The notes: generated by a model from the letters alone, not told the origin. A DNA stretch of 64,000 nt from Candidatus Aquabacterium excrementipullorum (GCA_019112875.1 DXIO01000014.1:69301-133300); one strand, 5' to 3'. Counted from the first letter of the stretch, positions 33,202-45,139 are shown. A program made the numbers and translations.

Positions 33202-33555
33202 TCAGGCGGCGGGTGTCAACCCGGCCAGGAGCTTCTGAAGTTCATCCACATCGAAAGGTTTGGACAGGATGTGCACGCGCTCGGGCAGGTGAGGGCGGTA
33301 CATCTCGGCGCGGTGGCCCGTCAGCAGCAGGCCGTGCAACTGGGTGTTGTGCGCCATCACCTGGCGCATCAGTTCCAGGCCCGACATGCCGGGCAGTTCC
33401 AGGTCACTGATGAGCAGGTCGACGTTGTCGGCCTGCAGGGCCTCGCTTCCAGCTTCCGCGCTGTCGAATGCCCGCACATCGTGCCCCCACGATTGCAGCA
33501 GCAGTTCCACCATGTCCCTCACGTCGGGCGCGTCTTCGATGTAAATGATGTTCAT
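33202..33555 (-). CDS. Single-domain response regulator (REC only)
   Basis: IYIEDAPD, LISDLELPGMSG, LLTG, SKPF; no output domain. Confidence 0.88.
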   Translation of the reverse strand: MNIIYIEDAPDVRDMVELLLQSWGHDVRAFDSAEAGSEALQADNVDLLISDLELPGMSGLELMRQVMAHNTQLHGLLLTGHRAEMYRPHLPERVHILSKPFDVDELQKLLAGLTPAA

Positions 33556-33699
33556 CCGGTGTGGTTCAGGGCAGCAAAGAAAGCCAGAAATTCGGGAGCC
33601 AGCCACGGCGGCCGAGGGGGCGCCAGGCGTGCGAGGCGGTCATGGTATCCCATGCACCCCGCGCGTGGCAGACCGCCATGGCGAGTCCCCGGCGTTGGG

Positions 33700-34212
33700 T
33701 CAGGCCATCGCCGCCTGGTAGGCGTGATGGCGCGACAAGTCGTGGTCGGCGAAGCGCGTGGAAGTCGGCAGGGAACGTTCCAGCGAGCGGCGCAGCCGGT
33801 GCAGCATGGTCTCGCGCTGCTCCAGGTAGAACTCGCAGGCCAGGGCTTCGGCCTGCGGCGAAACACGCCACAGCGGCACCAGCATCTCCTCGGCCATCAA
33901 GGCGGCCTCGACTTTGGCGTGGACCACGTCGAACATCATGGCCCAGCTGTCATCGCTGGGGTTCATGGCGACCAGGCGGGGCAGGATGGCGTGGTAGCAC
34001 TCGCGTTCGGTGAAGCCGTGGTCCTCGGTCATGCTGCGGCCGCCCACCTCGGTGCGGCCCAGCGCGCTGTCGCGCGCCATCAGGAAGCACATCAGTTCGG
34101 CCAGGGCCTCGCGGCGCAGGTCAGGGTTGAGTTCGCCCATGCGCTTGATCGCATCCATGTACAGCCGCACGGTCGTGTGGTCGTCGGTCATCAGTCTGTG
34201 GAACTCACCCAT
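33700..34212 (-). CDS. Hemerythrin-like helical protein with degenerate metal ligands
   Basis: LMTDDH start, helical pattern and later AEE resemble HHE-type domains; GGAG RBS; family call is an inference. Confidence 0.55.
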   Translation of the reverse strand: MGEFHRLMTDDHTTVRLYMDAIKRMGELNPDLRREALAELMCFLMARDSALGRTEVGGRSMTEDHGFTERECYHAILPRLVAMNPSDDSWAMMFDVVHAKVEAALMAEEMLVPLWRVSPQAEALACEFYLEQRETMLHRLRRSLERSLPTSTRFADHDLSRHHAYQAAMA

Positions 34213-34232
34213 GTCGCACTCCAAGCTCTAGG

Positions 34233-34439
34233 TCAGGGGCGCTGGCCGCGCCCGGGTTTCTTGATCTGGTCCAAGCCGCGCATGCCGCGCAGATCGGTGT
34301 CTTGCTGGCCGGACTCGATGTCCTGGCGGGCCTGTTCGATGACGCCTTCCTGATCGGGTCCGACGTCGTGGTGGTCCTGATCGCGTTCATGGGGCAGCCG
34401 GGCTTCGGACGCGGAATGAGGGGCTTTGTTCTGCTTCAT
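34233..34439 (-). CDS. Small hydrophilic hypothetical protein (68 aa)
   Basis: GGAG RBS; fills the gap between BON and hemerythrin-like genes on the same strand; QARQDIESGQQDTDLRG. Confidence 0.6.
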   Translation of the reverse strand: MKQNKAPHSASEARLPHERDQDHHDVGPDQEGVIEQARQDIESGQQDTDLRGMRGLDQIKKPGRGQRP

Positions 34440-34557
34440 GGTGGTGTCTCTCCATGCAATGTTCGATCCTCATTCCGCGTCCGACGTCGCCATCTGGCCA
34501 AGGGAGTCGGCACGGGCCGCTTGGATCTCCCCTGCCAGGTGGATCCTGGCGTGCGCG

Positions 34558-35070
34558 TCAGGAGGTCTTGTCGACCGTCAGACGGTTGACCACATTGGTC
34601 ACGCCACTGACGGCCTGGGCCAGCTCGGAGGCGCGGCCCAGCGATTGGACGTCGGGGGCCACGCCGGTCAGGGTGACCTGGCCATCCTTCGTGTCCACGT
34701 TGATCTTGGTGGCCTTGAGCTTGTCGTCGGCGGCCAGCGCGGCGTTCACCTTGGTGGTGATGGTGGCGTCGGACACACCGGACTTGATCTTCTGGCCCAA
34801 CGCGTCCGCCTTGGCGCTGGCGCTGGCCGAGGCATCGGCCGACGCGTTCTTGGCGTCGTTCAAGGCGACCTGGGTGTCGGCCTTCAACTCGGCGGCGTCC
34901 TTGCGGGCCTCGGTGGCGGCGTTGTCGGCGGCGCTGGAAGCACTGGCGATGGCGCTGTCGAGTTGCTGGCCGGCCGTGCGTTCGTCGTGGCGGTTGCAGC
35001 CGCTCAGGGCCACGGTGCCCAGGAGGGCCAGGGTGGCGGGAACGATCAGGCGTTGTTTGAAGGTGTTCAT
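34558..35070 (-). CDS. BON-domain (OsmY-like) lipoprotein
   Basis: Lipobox ALSGC, Ala-rich helical linker, SDATITTKVNAAL...INVDTKDGQVTLTG...VTNVVNRL; AGGAG RBS. Confidence 0.9.
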   Translation of the reverse strand: MNTFKQRLIVPATLALLGTVALSGCNRHDERTAGQQLDSAIASASSAADNAATEARKDAAELKADTQVALNDAKNASADASASASAKADALGQKIKSGVSDATITTKVNAALAADDKLKATKINVDTKDGQVTLTGVAPDVQSLGRASELAQAVSGVTNVVNRLTVDKTS

Positions 35071-35164
35071 TGCTGTTCTCCTGTTCTGTCGGGATCCGGA
35101 GGCAAGCCAGACCGGCCTCCGCATGGGTTGAACGATAAGAGCAGGGACCGCGGCCAACCAGTCA

Positions 35165-36670
35165 TCACAGGCCGATTCCCATGTCGGCGCATGCTGACAA
35201 TGGGGACGCAGGACGCATCGTGGCCTGCCCGGCCAACTGGGCGCGGGCATGGCCCAGGGCCGTGCGCACGGCCTCTTCGACCACGGGGTGGTAGATGGGA
35301 CAGTCCAGCAGGGTGTCCAGCGTCTGGCCCTGGTGCACGGCCCAGGCGAGCAGGTGGGCCAGGTGCTCGGCGCACGGGCCGATCATTTCCGCGCCGAGCA
35401 CCACGCGCCGTTGGCGGCACACGTAGACGCGAAGCGCGCCGCGGTTCATGTCCTTGATGCGGCTGCGTCCCTGGTCGGTGAAATCCGCCACGCCCACCAC
35501 GAAGGGATGAGCGACCTTGCTCAGATCTTCGTGTGAACGACCGAGCGCCGCGATCTGCGGATCACAGAACACGATGCGCAGGGGCGTGCGCCGCCCGCCT
35601 TCGAGGGGCGCTTCGGGCAGGTGGCTGGGGGGGCCGGGTTGCGCCACGGCCTGCGTGGCCGCGCGGCGGCCATCGAGCACGGCCTCGTGCAGCAGCGGGT
35701 GCGCGCCGCTGACATCGCCCGCGAGGAAGACGCAGCTGTCGCCCACGCGGGTGCTGCGATCCTGGTAGCCGGTGAGCTGTCCTTTGTCCAGCGTCAGGCC
35801 GCCCTGGGACAGGTCCAGGCCATCGAGCACGGGTTCGCGGCCGATGCACACCAGCACTCGTTCGACCACGGTGCTGCCGCGCTCGCCACCCACGTCGAAA
35901 TCCACGCGGGCCTGGCCGCCGTCGACCTCGGTCATGCCGCGCACATTGGCTCGCGTGATCAAGGTGATGCCTTCGGACAGCAGGGGAATCGCCAGCGGTC
36001 GCAGGGCAGGATCCTTCAGCCCGCCAGGCGCCTCTTCGCGCATGAGCCACACCACGCGAACGCCCAGCCGGTTGAGGGCCTGGGCCATCTCCGTGCCGAT
36101 GGCGCCCCCGCCGATCACGGCGATGGAGCGGGGCAGGGTGGGCAATTCGAACAGGGTGTCGGTGGTGAGCAGTTGACCCCCGAGTGCAGCCCGCCAGGCC
36201 TCGGGCACGACGGGACGTGATCCCGTGGCCAGCACGATGCTGCGGGCTTTCACGGTCGCATGCTCGTCCACCTGCAGCATGCAAGGCCCGATGAAGCGGG
36301 CCCGGCCTGCCAGCCGGTGCGCGGCGGGCCAGGCTTCGGCCTCGCGCACGACGCTGTCGACGAAATCGTCGCGCAATTCGCGCAGGCGGGCCATCACGGC
36401 GGCACCGTCGACCTGCGCACCCACGGCCTTGATGCCCAGGCGGTGAGCCTGGCGGATCGCGTGGGCACGGCTGGCTGCCTCGATCAGCAATTTGCTGGGC
36501 ATGCAGCCCGCGCGTGCGCACAGCGTGCCGTAGCCGCTGGACTCGATGAGCACCAGGCGCGACGTCTGTCGCGCAGCGGCCTTGTAAGCCGCCATGCCGG
36601 CCGATCCCGCCCCCACGATGGCCAGGTCGACATCCAGATGCTTGAGCCCTTGCTTGAGGGCGGCGGCCAC
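35165..36670 (-). CDS. Class I pyridine nucleotide-disulfide oxidoreductase (dihydrolipoyl dehydrogenase-like)
   Basis: IVGAGSAG FAD site, redox-active CARAGC, IGGGAIGTE, FLAGDV, YHPVVEE; GTG start just after the DUF3309 stop. Confidence 0.85.
   Translation of the reverse strand: MAAALKQGLKHLDVDLAIVGAGSAGMAAYKAAARQTSRLVLIESSGYGTLCARAGCMPSKLLIEAASRAHAIRQAHRLGIKAVGAQVDGAAVMARLRELRDDFVDSVVREAEAWPAAHRLAGRARFIGPCMLQVDEHATVKARSIVLATGSRPVVPEAWRAALGGQLLTTDTLFELPTLPRSIAVIGGGAIGTEMAQALNRLGVRVVWLMREEAPGGLKDPALRPLAIPLLSEGITLITRANVRGMTEVDGGQARVDFDVGGERGSTVVERVLVCIGREPVLDGLDLSQGGLTLDKGQLTGYQDRSTRVGDSCVFLAGDVSGAHPLLHEAVLDGRRAATQAVAQPGPPSHLPEAPLEGGRRTPLRIVFCDPQIAALGRSHEDLSKVAHPFVVGVADFTDQGRSRIKDMNRGALRVYVCRQRRVVLGAEMIGPCAEHLAHLLAWAVHQGQTLDTLLDCPIYHPVVEEAVRTALGHARAQLAGQATMRPASPLSACADMGIGL
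35182..35199. promoter_or_regulatory. Palindromic box upstream of the BON gene, embedded in the 3' end of the flavoprotein CDS
   Basis: TGTCGG-CGCATG-CTGACA; -10-like TATCGT on the minus strand (35132-35137) starts 45 nt away. Confidence 0.75.
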
Positions 36671-36672
36671 CG

Positions 36673-36831
36673 TCAGATGTGGCCCATCAGGACCAGGATC
36701 ACCAGGATCACCACCACCAGGCCCAGCCCGCCGGTCGGGCCGTAGCCCCAGTTTCGGCTGTGAGGCCAGGTGGGCAGGGCGCCGATGAGCATCAGCAGCA
36801 GCACGATCAGAAGGATGGTTCCCAGTGTCAT
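36673..36831 (-). CDS. DUF3309-family small membrane protein (52 aa, not in the ORF track)
   Basis: MTLGTILLIVLLLMLIGALPTWPHSRNWGYGPTGGLGLVVVILVILVLMGHI; GGAG RBS. Confidence 0.9.
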   Translation of the reverse strand: MTLGTILLIVLLLMLIGALPTWPHSRNWGYGPTGGLGLVVVILVILVLMGHI

Positions 36832-36911
36832 GGTGTTCTCCTCGTTGTCTTCGATGAGGCCACTGTAGGGAGTCGGTCACAGCGCTGGCATCAGCGGACA
36901 GCGCGATCGGA

Positions 36912-36959
36912 TGTAGGCCCTGACCTACCCGACAAAACACTTGTCGGCATCGGCCTACA
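36912..36959. promoter_or_regulatory. Tandem palindromic boxes (30-bp period) between the divergent DUF3309 and secreted-protein genes
   Basis: TGTAGG-CCCTGA-CCTACC 36912 and TGTCGG-CATCGG-CCTACA 36942; -10-like TACAGT on the minus strand (36862-36867) 45 nt away. Confidence 0.78.
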
Positions 36960-37116
36960 GACCTATCAGCGGATGCTGCCGCCAATGTCGGCGTGCGCCC
37001 CCATGCAGCGCTGTGGGGCGGCGGCGAAACTGCATGGCGTCACTTCAACGGCCTCGTCGCTGAGAGGCCACTGCCTGAAGTGCCTTGTTTGCGAAACGAA
37101 CCACACGGAGAACTCC

Positions 37117-37692
37117 ATGAAAAAGACCCCCCACATCGCCCGCACCGCCATCCAAGCCCTGGCCTTCGCCGCTGGTGGCCTGTTCCTGGCTGCCGCCACG
37201 CACGCCGCGGACACCCACAAGGGCAGCAAGGAAGCGTACGAGCACACCAAGTCCGAAGCCAAGGCCAAGTACGACGCGGACACGGAAAAGTGCAAGTCGC
37301 TCAGCGGCAACGCCGCCGATGTGTGCAAGGCCGAAGCCAAGGTTCAGCGCGTGACGGCCGTGTCCACCGCCGAAGCGCAGTACAAGAACACGCCGAAGGC
37401 TGCTTACGAAGCCCGCAAGGACATCGCTGGCGCCCAGTACGACCTGGCCAAGGAAAAGTGCGACGACAAGACCGGCAACGACAAGGACGTGTGCAAGAAG
37501 GAGGCCGAAGCCGCCCACACCGCCGCCAAGGCCGATGCCGAAGTCAAGCTCAAGACCCGCAAGGCCATCAACGATGCCACGGAAGACAAGGCCGATGCGC
37601 AGTATGCTGCTGCCAAGGAAAAGTGTGACTCGCTGGCCGGTGACGCCAAGGACGCCTGCCAGGCCAAGGCCAAGGCTGACTTCGCCAAGTAA
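37117..37692 (+). CDS. Secreted Ala/Lys-rich helical protein with three C-x10-C repeats
   Basis: Signal peptide ending ATHA; EKCKSLSGNAADVC, EKCDDKTGNDKDVC, EKCDSLAGDAKDAC; GGAG RBS. Confidence 0.85.
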   Translation: MKKTPHIARTAIQALAFAAGGLFLAAATHAADTHKGSKEAYEHTKSEAKAKYDADTEKCKSLSGNAADVCKAEAKVQRVTAVSTAEAQYKNTPKAAYEARKDIAGAQYDLAKEKCDDKTGNDKDVCKKEAEAAHTAAKADAEVKLKTRKAINDATEDKADAQYAAAKEKCDSLAGDAKDACQAKAKADFAK

Positions 37693-37733
37693 GCTGACGC
37701 GACACTGCTCTTCGCTCTTTGGATTTTGAACGT

Positions 37734-37764
37734 GGGCGGCAGGCCTTTGGGGCCTGTCGCCCTT
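37734..37764 (+). terminator. Terminator-like hairpin after the secreted protein gene
   Basis: GGGCGGCAGGCC-TTTGG-GGCCTGTCGCCC 12-bp stem; weak U-tract. Confidence 0.55.
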
Positions 37765-37772
37765 GTCCGTCG

Positions 37773-38522
37773 ATGAACCTGGATGGCTGGTGGTACGCCG
37801 TGAGTGTTCCGTTGTCTTCCCTGCCCTTAGTTCAGCGCCCTGTCGAGGCCGCCTTGCCGAACCCTGATTCGGTGAGGCTGGAGGTGCTACAGCGCGTGGT
37901 GCCCTCGATGCGCCACGATCTGATGAACCAGCTGATGGTGATCGAACTGCGCACCACGCTGCTCAAGGCCTCACTGAGCCAGCAGGGCGATACGCCCATG
38001 GCCACGACAGAAGCCGTCGGCGCCTTGTGCGACGACATCCGCGAGGCCATCGATGTGGGGCGCGGGCTGGCGCGCTGGATGCACAGCCTGGAGCCCGTCG
38101 GGCTGGACCGCGTGGTGGAGGCCTGCCATGGCTGGGTCGGGCTGGCGTTCAAATGCCGCGAGTTGTCGCTGGACGTGCTGGCGCCCATCCCCGGCGAGAA
38201 CGGCGAGCCGCCCGTGTGGCCGTCGGCCGCCTCGGTGGAGGCCTACTTCGGCTTGCTGGCCGTGCTGTGGTACTGGTTCGACCATGACGAATCGGTCGGT
38301 GCGCGCCTGAGCGTGCAGGCCGAAGGTGGGCGTGGCTGTCGCTGGCACCTGCATGTGCCCGAGACCCTGGGCGACCTCGATCCCGCGCAGGGGTGGGAGA
38401 TGGCGCACCGCATGCGACTGGACCAGGAAGCCTTGCGCGGCCTGCTGCAGGCGCAGGGATGGGAATGTCGTTTCGACGGCCCGACGAGCCTGTGGATGGG
38501 CAGCCCCGCCTCAGGGGTGTGA
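37773..38522 (+). CDS. Degenerate histidine-kinase-like protein, possible phosphotransferase (start uncertain)
   Basis: H-box-like MRHDLMNQL in a helical hairpin; no recognisable N/G1/G2 ATP boxes; alternative start GTG 37800. Confidence 0.6.
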   Translation: MNLDGWWYAVSVPLSSLPLVQRPVEAALPNPDSVRLEVLQRVVPSMRHDLMNQLMVIELRTTLLKASLSQQGDTPMATTEAVGALCDDIREAIDVGRGLARWMHSLEPVGLDRVVEACHGWVGLAFKCRELSLDVLAPIPGENGEPPVWPSAASVEAYFGLLAVLWYWFDHDESVGARLSVQAEGGRGCRWHLHVPETLGDLDPAQGWEMAHRMRLDQEALRGLLQAQGWECRFDGPTSLWMGSPASGV

Positions 38523-38918
38523 GGCCACGCCAGCCACGGGCCCCCGCGAGAACTCCCGGAACAGCATCAGCACCTCGACCAGATCGCTGCGGTCGGTGCC
38601 TTTGTGGATGAACACATCGGCCCCCAGCGACAGGCATTGCTGGCGCAGCTTGGGCGAGCGCGATTGTGTGTACACCACCCGCATTGCATCCGGCTGACGC
38701 CGGGCCAGATCGTGCAGCACGTGCAGCCCCGAGCCCTCCTCCAGGCCCAGATCGACGATGGCCAGGTCCACTTTCTGGCGATCGATGATGCGAATGGCCT
38801 GGTCCTGGTTGCTGGCCATCGCGATGTCGAAATCGGTGTCCACCAGGCCGAGCAGCACGGTGAGCGATTCCATCGCCTTGGGCTGATCTTCGACCAACAG
38901 CACGTTCTTGCCTGTCAT
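38511..38918 (-). CDS. Single-domain response regulator (REC only)
   Basis: VLLVEDQP, AIVDLGLEEGSG, VVYT, FIHKG. Confidence 0.9.
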   Translation of the reverse strand: MTGKNVLLVEDQPKAMESLTVLLGLVDTDFDIAMASNQDQAIRIIDRQKVDLAIVDLGLEEGSGLHVLHDLARRQPDAMRVVYTQSRSPKLRQQCLSLGADVFIHKGTDRSDLVEVLMLFREFSRGPVAGVASHP

Positions 38919-38999
38919 GGGAGGGCCTCCCGGAAGTCAAGGGTGCCCCAGTGTCCTGCGGGGGCGACACAGGGGATGTCGGTCGGGTGCGCGATGTGG

Positions 39000-39017
39000 T
39001 GTCAGGGCTGCCTGACA
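39000..39017. promoter_or_regulatory. Perfect palindromic box upstream of the REC gene, overlapping the kinase stop codon
   Basis: TGTCAG-GGCTGC-CTGACA; -10-like GACACT on the minus strand (38950-38955) 45 nt away. Confidence 0.78.
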
Positions 39018-40168
39018 AGCTGTGCGGCCGCGCTCAGCGCATCGGGGCGCTCGCTGACGGGCGCGCGCGGCAGGCGCACGACGAAGGCGGTGGTGTCCTC
39101 GGCCTCTGAAACGTTCACGTCGATGGTGCCTTCATGGGCACGCACGAACTGATGGACGATGTACAGGCCGAGTCCCAGGCCCTTGGCACGCGGCTTGGCC
39201 GGCGCATCGAGGCAGGGCTTGAAGGGCTGGAACAGCTCCGGCAGCTTGTCGGCCGGGATGGTGCCCCGGTTGCTGACCTCCAGCGTGATCATGTGCGCGG
39301 ACCGGCCGTCCAGCGTGACCTTGATGGGGCTGCCGGGCTGGCCGTGCGTCATCGCATTGCCCAGCAGGTTGGTGAGCACCTGCTGCCAGCGGTCCAGGTC
39401 GATGCGGGCATTGGTGTCCCCCAGGGAGGACACCACCAGCCGGCCGGTGTCGCCCGGATCCAGCTCCTGCACCGCCTGCTGGGCCGCCGACGCGAGGTCG
39501 TGGCTGCGCAGCGCCAGGGTGAGCTGCCCGCTGCGGATGCGTGAGAGATCCAGCAACTGGTCGATCATGCGCGCCATGCGGCTGGTGCTGCCCTCCAGCC
39601 GATCGAGCAGTGCGGGGGCGGGCGGCACATGGCCTGCGTCGCGCAGCAGGCGCACGCCGAGCGACATGGCGGTCAGGGGCACGCGCAGATCGTGCGCCAG
39701 CACGGCGACGAACATCTCGTTGAGTTGCAGCGTTTCGCTCAGGCGCGCGTTCTGCAGCCGGATCTGGCGCTGCTGGCGGTACAGGTCGATGAACACATTG
39801 ACCTTGCTGAGCAGCACATGGCTCTCGACCGGCTTGTGCAGGAAATCGACCGCGCCATATTCGTAGCCCTGGAACTGGCGCTGCTGGTCGGCGGCCGCGG
39901 CGGTCACGAACATCAGGGGAATGTGGCGCGTGCTGTCGCGGCCCCGGATCAACTCGGCCAACTCGAAGCCGTCCATCTCGGGCATGTGGACGTCCAGCAA
40001 GGCCACGGCCACCTCGTGCAGCAGCAGCAGTTCCAGGGCCTCGACCCCGGAGGCGGCCTTGATCACGCGCACGCCCGGGCGGGCCAGCAGGGCCTCCATG
40101 GCGAGCAGGTTCTGGACGAGGTCGTCCACCACGAGGACATTGACGTCCAGTTCAGTGTCCGTGTTCAT
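39002..40168 (-). CDS. Cytoplasmic hybrid histidine kinase (REC-HisKA-HATPase)
   Basis: VLVVDD...LLDVHMPEMDG receiver, AHDLRVPL H-box, NLLGNA, GLGLGLYIV. Confidence 0.92.
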   Translation of the reverse strand: MNTDTELDVNVLVVDDLVQNLLAMEALLARPGVRVIKAASGVEALELLLLHEVAVALLDVHMPEMDGFELAELIRGRDSTRHIPLMFVTAAAADQQRQFQGYEYGAVDFLHKPVESHVLLSKVNVFIDLYRQQRQIRLQNARLSETLQLNEMFVAVLAHDLRVPLTAMSLGVRLLRDAGHVPPAPALLDRLEGSTSRMARMIDQLLDLSRIRSGQLTLALRSHDLASAAQQAVQELDPGDTGRLVVSSLGDTNARIDLDRWQQVLTNLLGNAMTHGQPGSPIKVTLDGRSAHMITLEVSNRGTIPADKLPELFQPFKPCLDAPAKPRAKGLGLGLYIVHQFVRAHEGTIDVNVSEAEDTTAFVVRLPRAPVSERPDALSAAAQLVRQP

Positions 40169-40838
40169 CGTGCTTCCTTGTTGCTCGCTCGACCTCAAAA
40201 ATCCGGCACAACGCCGGCGCCATCCGTTCCAGTGGCAGCAGGCGGCTGCCGGGCACCTCGCTGGCCACGGCCGAGGGCATCATGCGCGCCTCGGCGGAGA
40301 CCGGATCTTGCACCCAGACCTGCGCGCCCGCAAGCGCCAGGCCACGGGCCCCGCGCGCGCCATCGCGGCTGGCGCCCGACAAGACCACGCCCACCAGCGA
40401 CCAGTGCGGCAAGGCCGCGGCGGCCGATTCGAACAGCACGTCGATGGAGGGCCGCGAGAAGTTCACGGCCTCGTCCACCGACAGCGCGAAGTGGGCATTG
40501 GCGGCCTCGTCGGCCTCGACCATCAGGTGGTAGTTGGGGGGCGCCATGTAGATGGTGCCGGCCTGCAGGGTTTCCTTGTCGTCGGGTTCGCGAACCGGCA
40601 AGGCGCACAGCGGCGCAAAGAGTTCCACCAGCAGGCTGGGCTTGTCGGGCGGCAGGTGCAGCACCACGACCACGGCCGCAGGCAGGCCGGCTGGCAGCTG
40701 AGGCAACACCGCCATCAGGGCCTGCACACCGCCGGTGGAGGCGCCGATCATCACCAGGCCGGGCCGTGCCGATGCGGGCGGTGTGGACACGGTCCCTTCG
40801 TGCGACGCCTGGGCGTGCAGGGTGGTCGCGGCGCTCAT
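40152..40838 (-). CDS. cheB: Stand-alone CheB-type methylesterase (no receiver domain)
   Basis: IGASTGG (Ser), VLHLP (His), SRPSIDVLFES, LSGASRDG (Asp). Confidence 0.9.
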   Translation of the reverse strand: MSAATTLHAQASHEGTVSTPPASARPGLVMIGASTGGVQALMAVLPQLPAGLPAAVVVVLHLPPDKPSLLVELFAPLCALPVREPDDKETLQAGTIYMAPPNYHLMVEADEAANAHFALSVDEAVNFSRPSIDVLFESAAAALPHWSLVGVVLSGASRDGARGARGLALAGAQVWVQDPVSAEARMMPSAVASEVPGSRLLPLERMAPALCRIFEVERATRKHDEHGH

Positions 40839-41674
40839 GCCCGCCTCCGGTAGATGCGCTCGTCGGCGCGCCAGGGTTCGAAGGCATGTTCATGCGCGCC
40901 GAAACGCAGCGTCTCCTTGCTGCCCAGGCCCAGGAAGCCGCGCGGCACCAGCGCGTCGCGGAACAGGCCGACGGCGCGGTCCTGCAGGCCGCGGTCGAAG
41001 TAGATCAGCACGTTGCGGCAGGACACCAGGTGCATCTCGGAGAACACGTGGTCGGTGGCCAGGCTGTGGTCGGCGAAGACGATGTGCTGCTTGAGGGCGC
41101 GGTCGAACACGATGGCCTCGTAGCCAGCCGTGTAGTAGTCGGACAGCGAGGCCGTGCCCCCGGCCTGCAGGTAGTTGCGGCTGAACCGTGCCGCCCGCTC
41201 GATGGGGTAGATGCCGGCCTCGGCCGCCTTGAGCGACTGGGCGTTGATGTCGGTGGCGTAGACCAGGCTGCGATCGAGCAGGCCGGCCTCGTGCAGCAGG
41301 ATGGCCAGCGACCAGACCTCTTCGCCGGTGCTGCAGCCGGCCACCCACACCTTGATGGAGGGGTAGGTCTGCAGCATGGGCACCACCGCGTCGCGCAGCG
41401 CGCGGAAGTAGCCCGGATCGCGGAACATGTCGCTGACCTGCACCGTGAAGTACTGCAGCATCTGCGCGAACAAGGCCGGCTCGCGCAGCACCCGCGACTG
41501 CAGCACCGACAGCGTCTCGCAGCCATGGCGCTCCATGGCCAGTGTCATGCGCCGCCGCAGGGAAGCCATGGAGTACTGGCGGAAGTCGTAGTGGTACTGC
41601 TGGAACACGCCTTCCAGGAACAACCGGATTTCGATGTCCAGCAACGGGGTGGGCGTGCAGGCGGTGTCGTGCAT
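40835..41674 (-). CDS. cheR: CheR-type glutamate O-methyltransferase
   Basis: YDFRQY...SLRRR, VSDMFRD, WVAGCSTGEE, ATDIN, SCRNVLIYF, FLGLGSKE. Confidence 0.92.
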   Translation of the reverse strand: MHDTACTPTPLLDIEIRLFLEGVFQQYHYDFRQYSMASLRRRMTLAMERHGCETLSVLQSRVLREPALFAQMLQYFTVQVSDMFRDPGYFRALRDAVVPMLQTYPSIKVWVAGCSTGEEVWSLAILLHEAGLLDRSLVYATDINAQSLKAAEAGIYPIERAARFSRNYLQAGGTASLSDYYTAGYEAIVFDRALKQHIVFADHSLATDHVFSEMHLVSCRNVLIYFDRGLQDRAVGLFRDALVPRGFLGLGSKETLRFGAHEHAFEPWRADERIYRRRA

Positions 41675-41678
41675 CGCC

Positions 41679-44849
<3,171 letters not shown>

Positions 44850-45001
44850 GGGCATTCCGGATGGCGCGATGGCCTTGAAGGGGGACAAGCGGCCGATCGA
44901 AACCAACCGTTGGATCTTCGAACGGATGTTTGATCGGGCAGGAGCGGGGCGATGTTACCGAGCGGACTCCTGCCCACCTCGTCAGGCTCGGCGGATTGTG
45001 G

Positions 45002-45049
45002 TGTAGGGGGATGCTGACACGGCGTGCCGTTTGTCAGCAGCAGCCGACA
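45002..45049. promoter_or_regulatory. Tandem palindromic boxes (30-bp period) between the divergent kinase operon and the YbhP-like gene
   Basis: TGTAGG-GGGATG-CTGACA 45002 and TGTCAG-CAGCAG-CCGACA 45032; -10-like TAACAT (minus, 44952-44957) and TAAGGT (plus, 45094-45099), each 45 nt from the nearer box. Confidence 0.8.
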
Positions 45050-45139
45050 GGGGGTTCAGGCGCGGACGACAGCCCGCCCGCAGGGGGCTCGCTTAAGGTG
45101 ATGACGACTTGTTTCACGGCCCTCCGTGCCCCGTACGCC

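Noticed and set aside
36862-36881. TGTAGG half-sites at 36864 and 56268 as extra operator boxes
   Set aside because: Their right arms match poorly, and on the minus strand they read CCTACAGT at 44-45 nt from a full box, so they are better explained as -10 elements
38952-38969. TGTC-N10-GACA (TGTCCT-N6-GCGACA) as a second box near the REC gene
   Set aside because: Several inner mismatches, and it overlaps the predicted -10 GACACT; not counted
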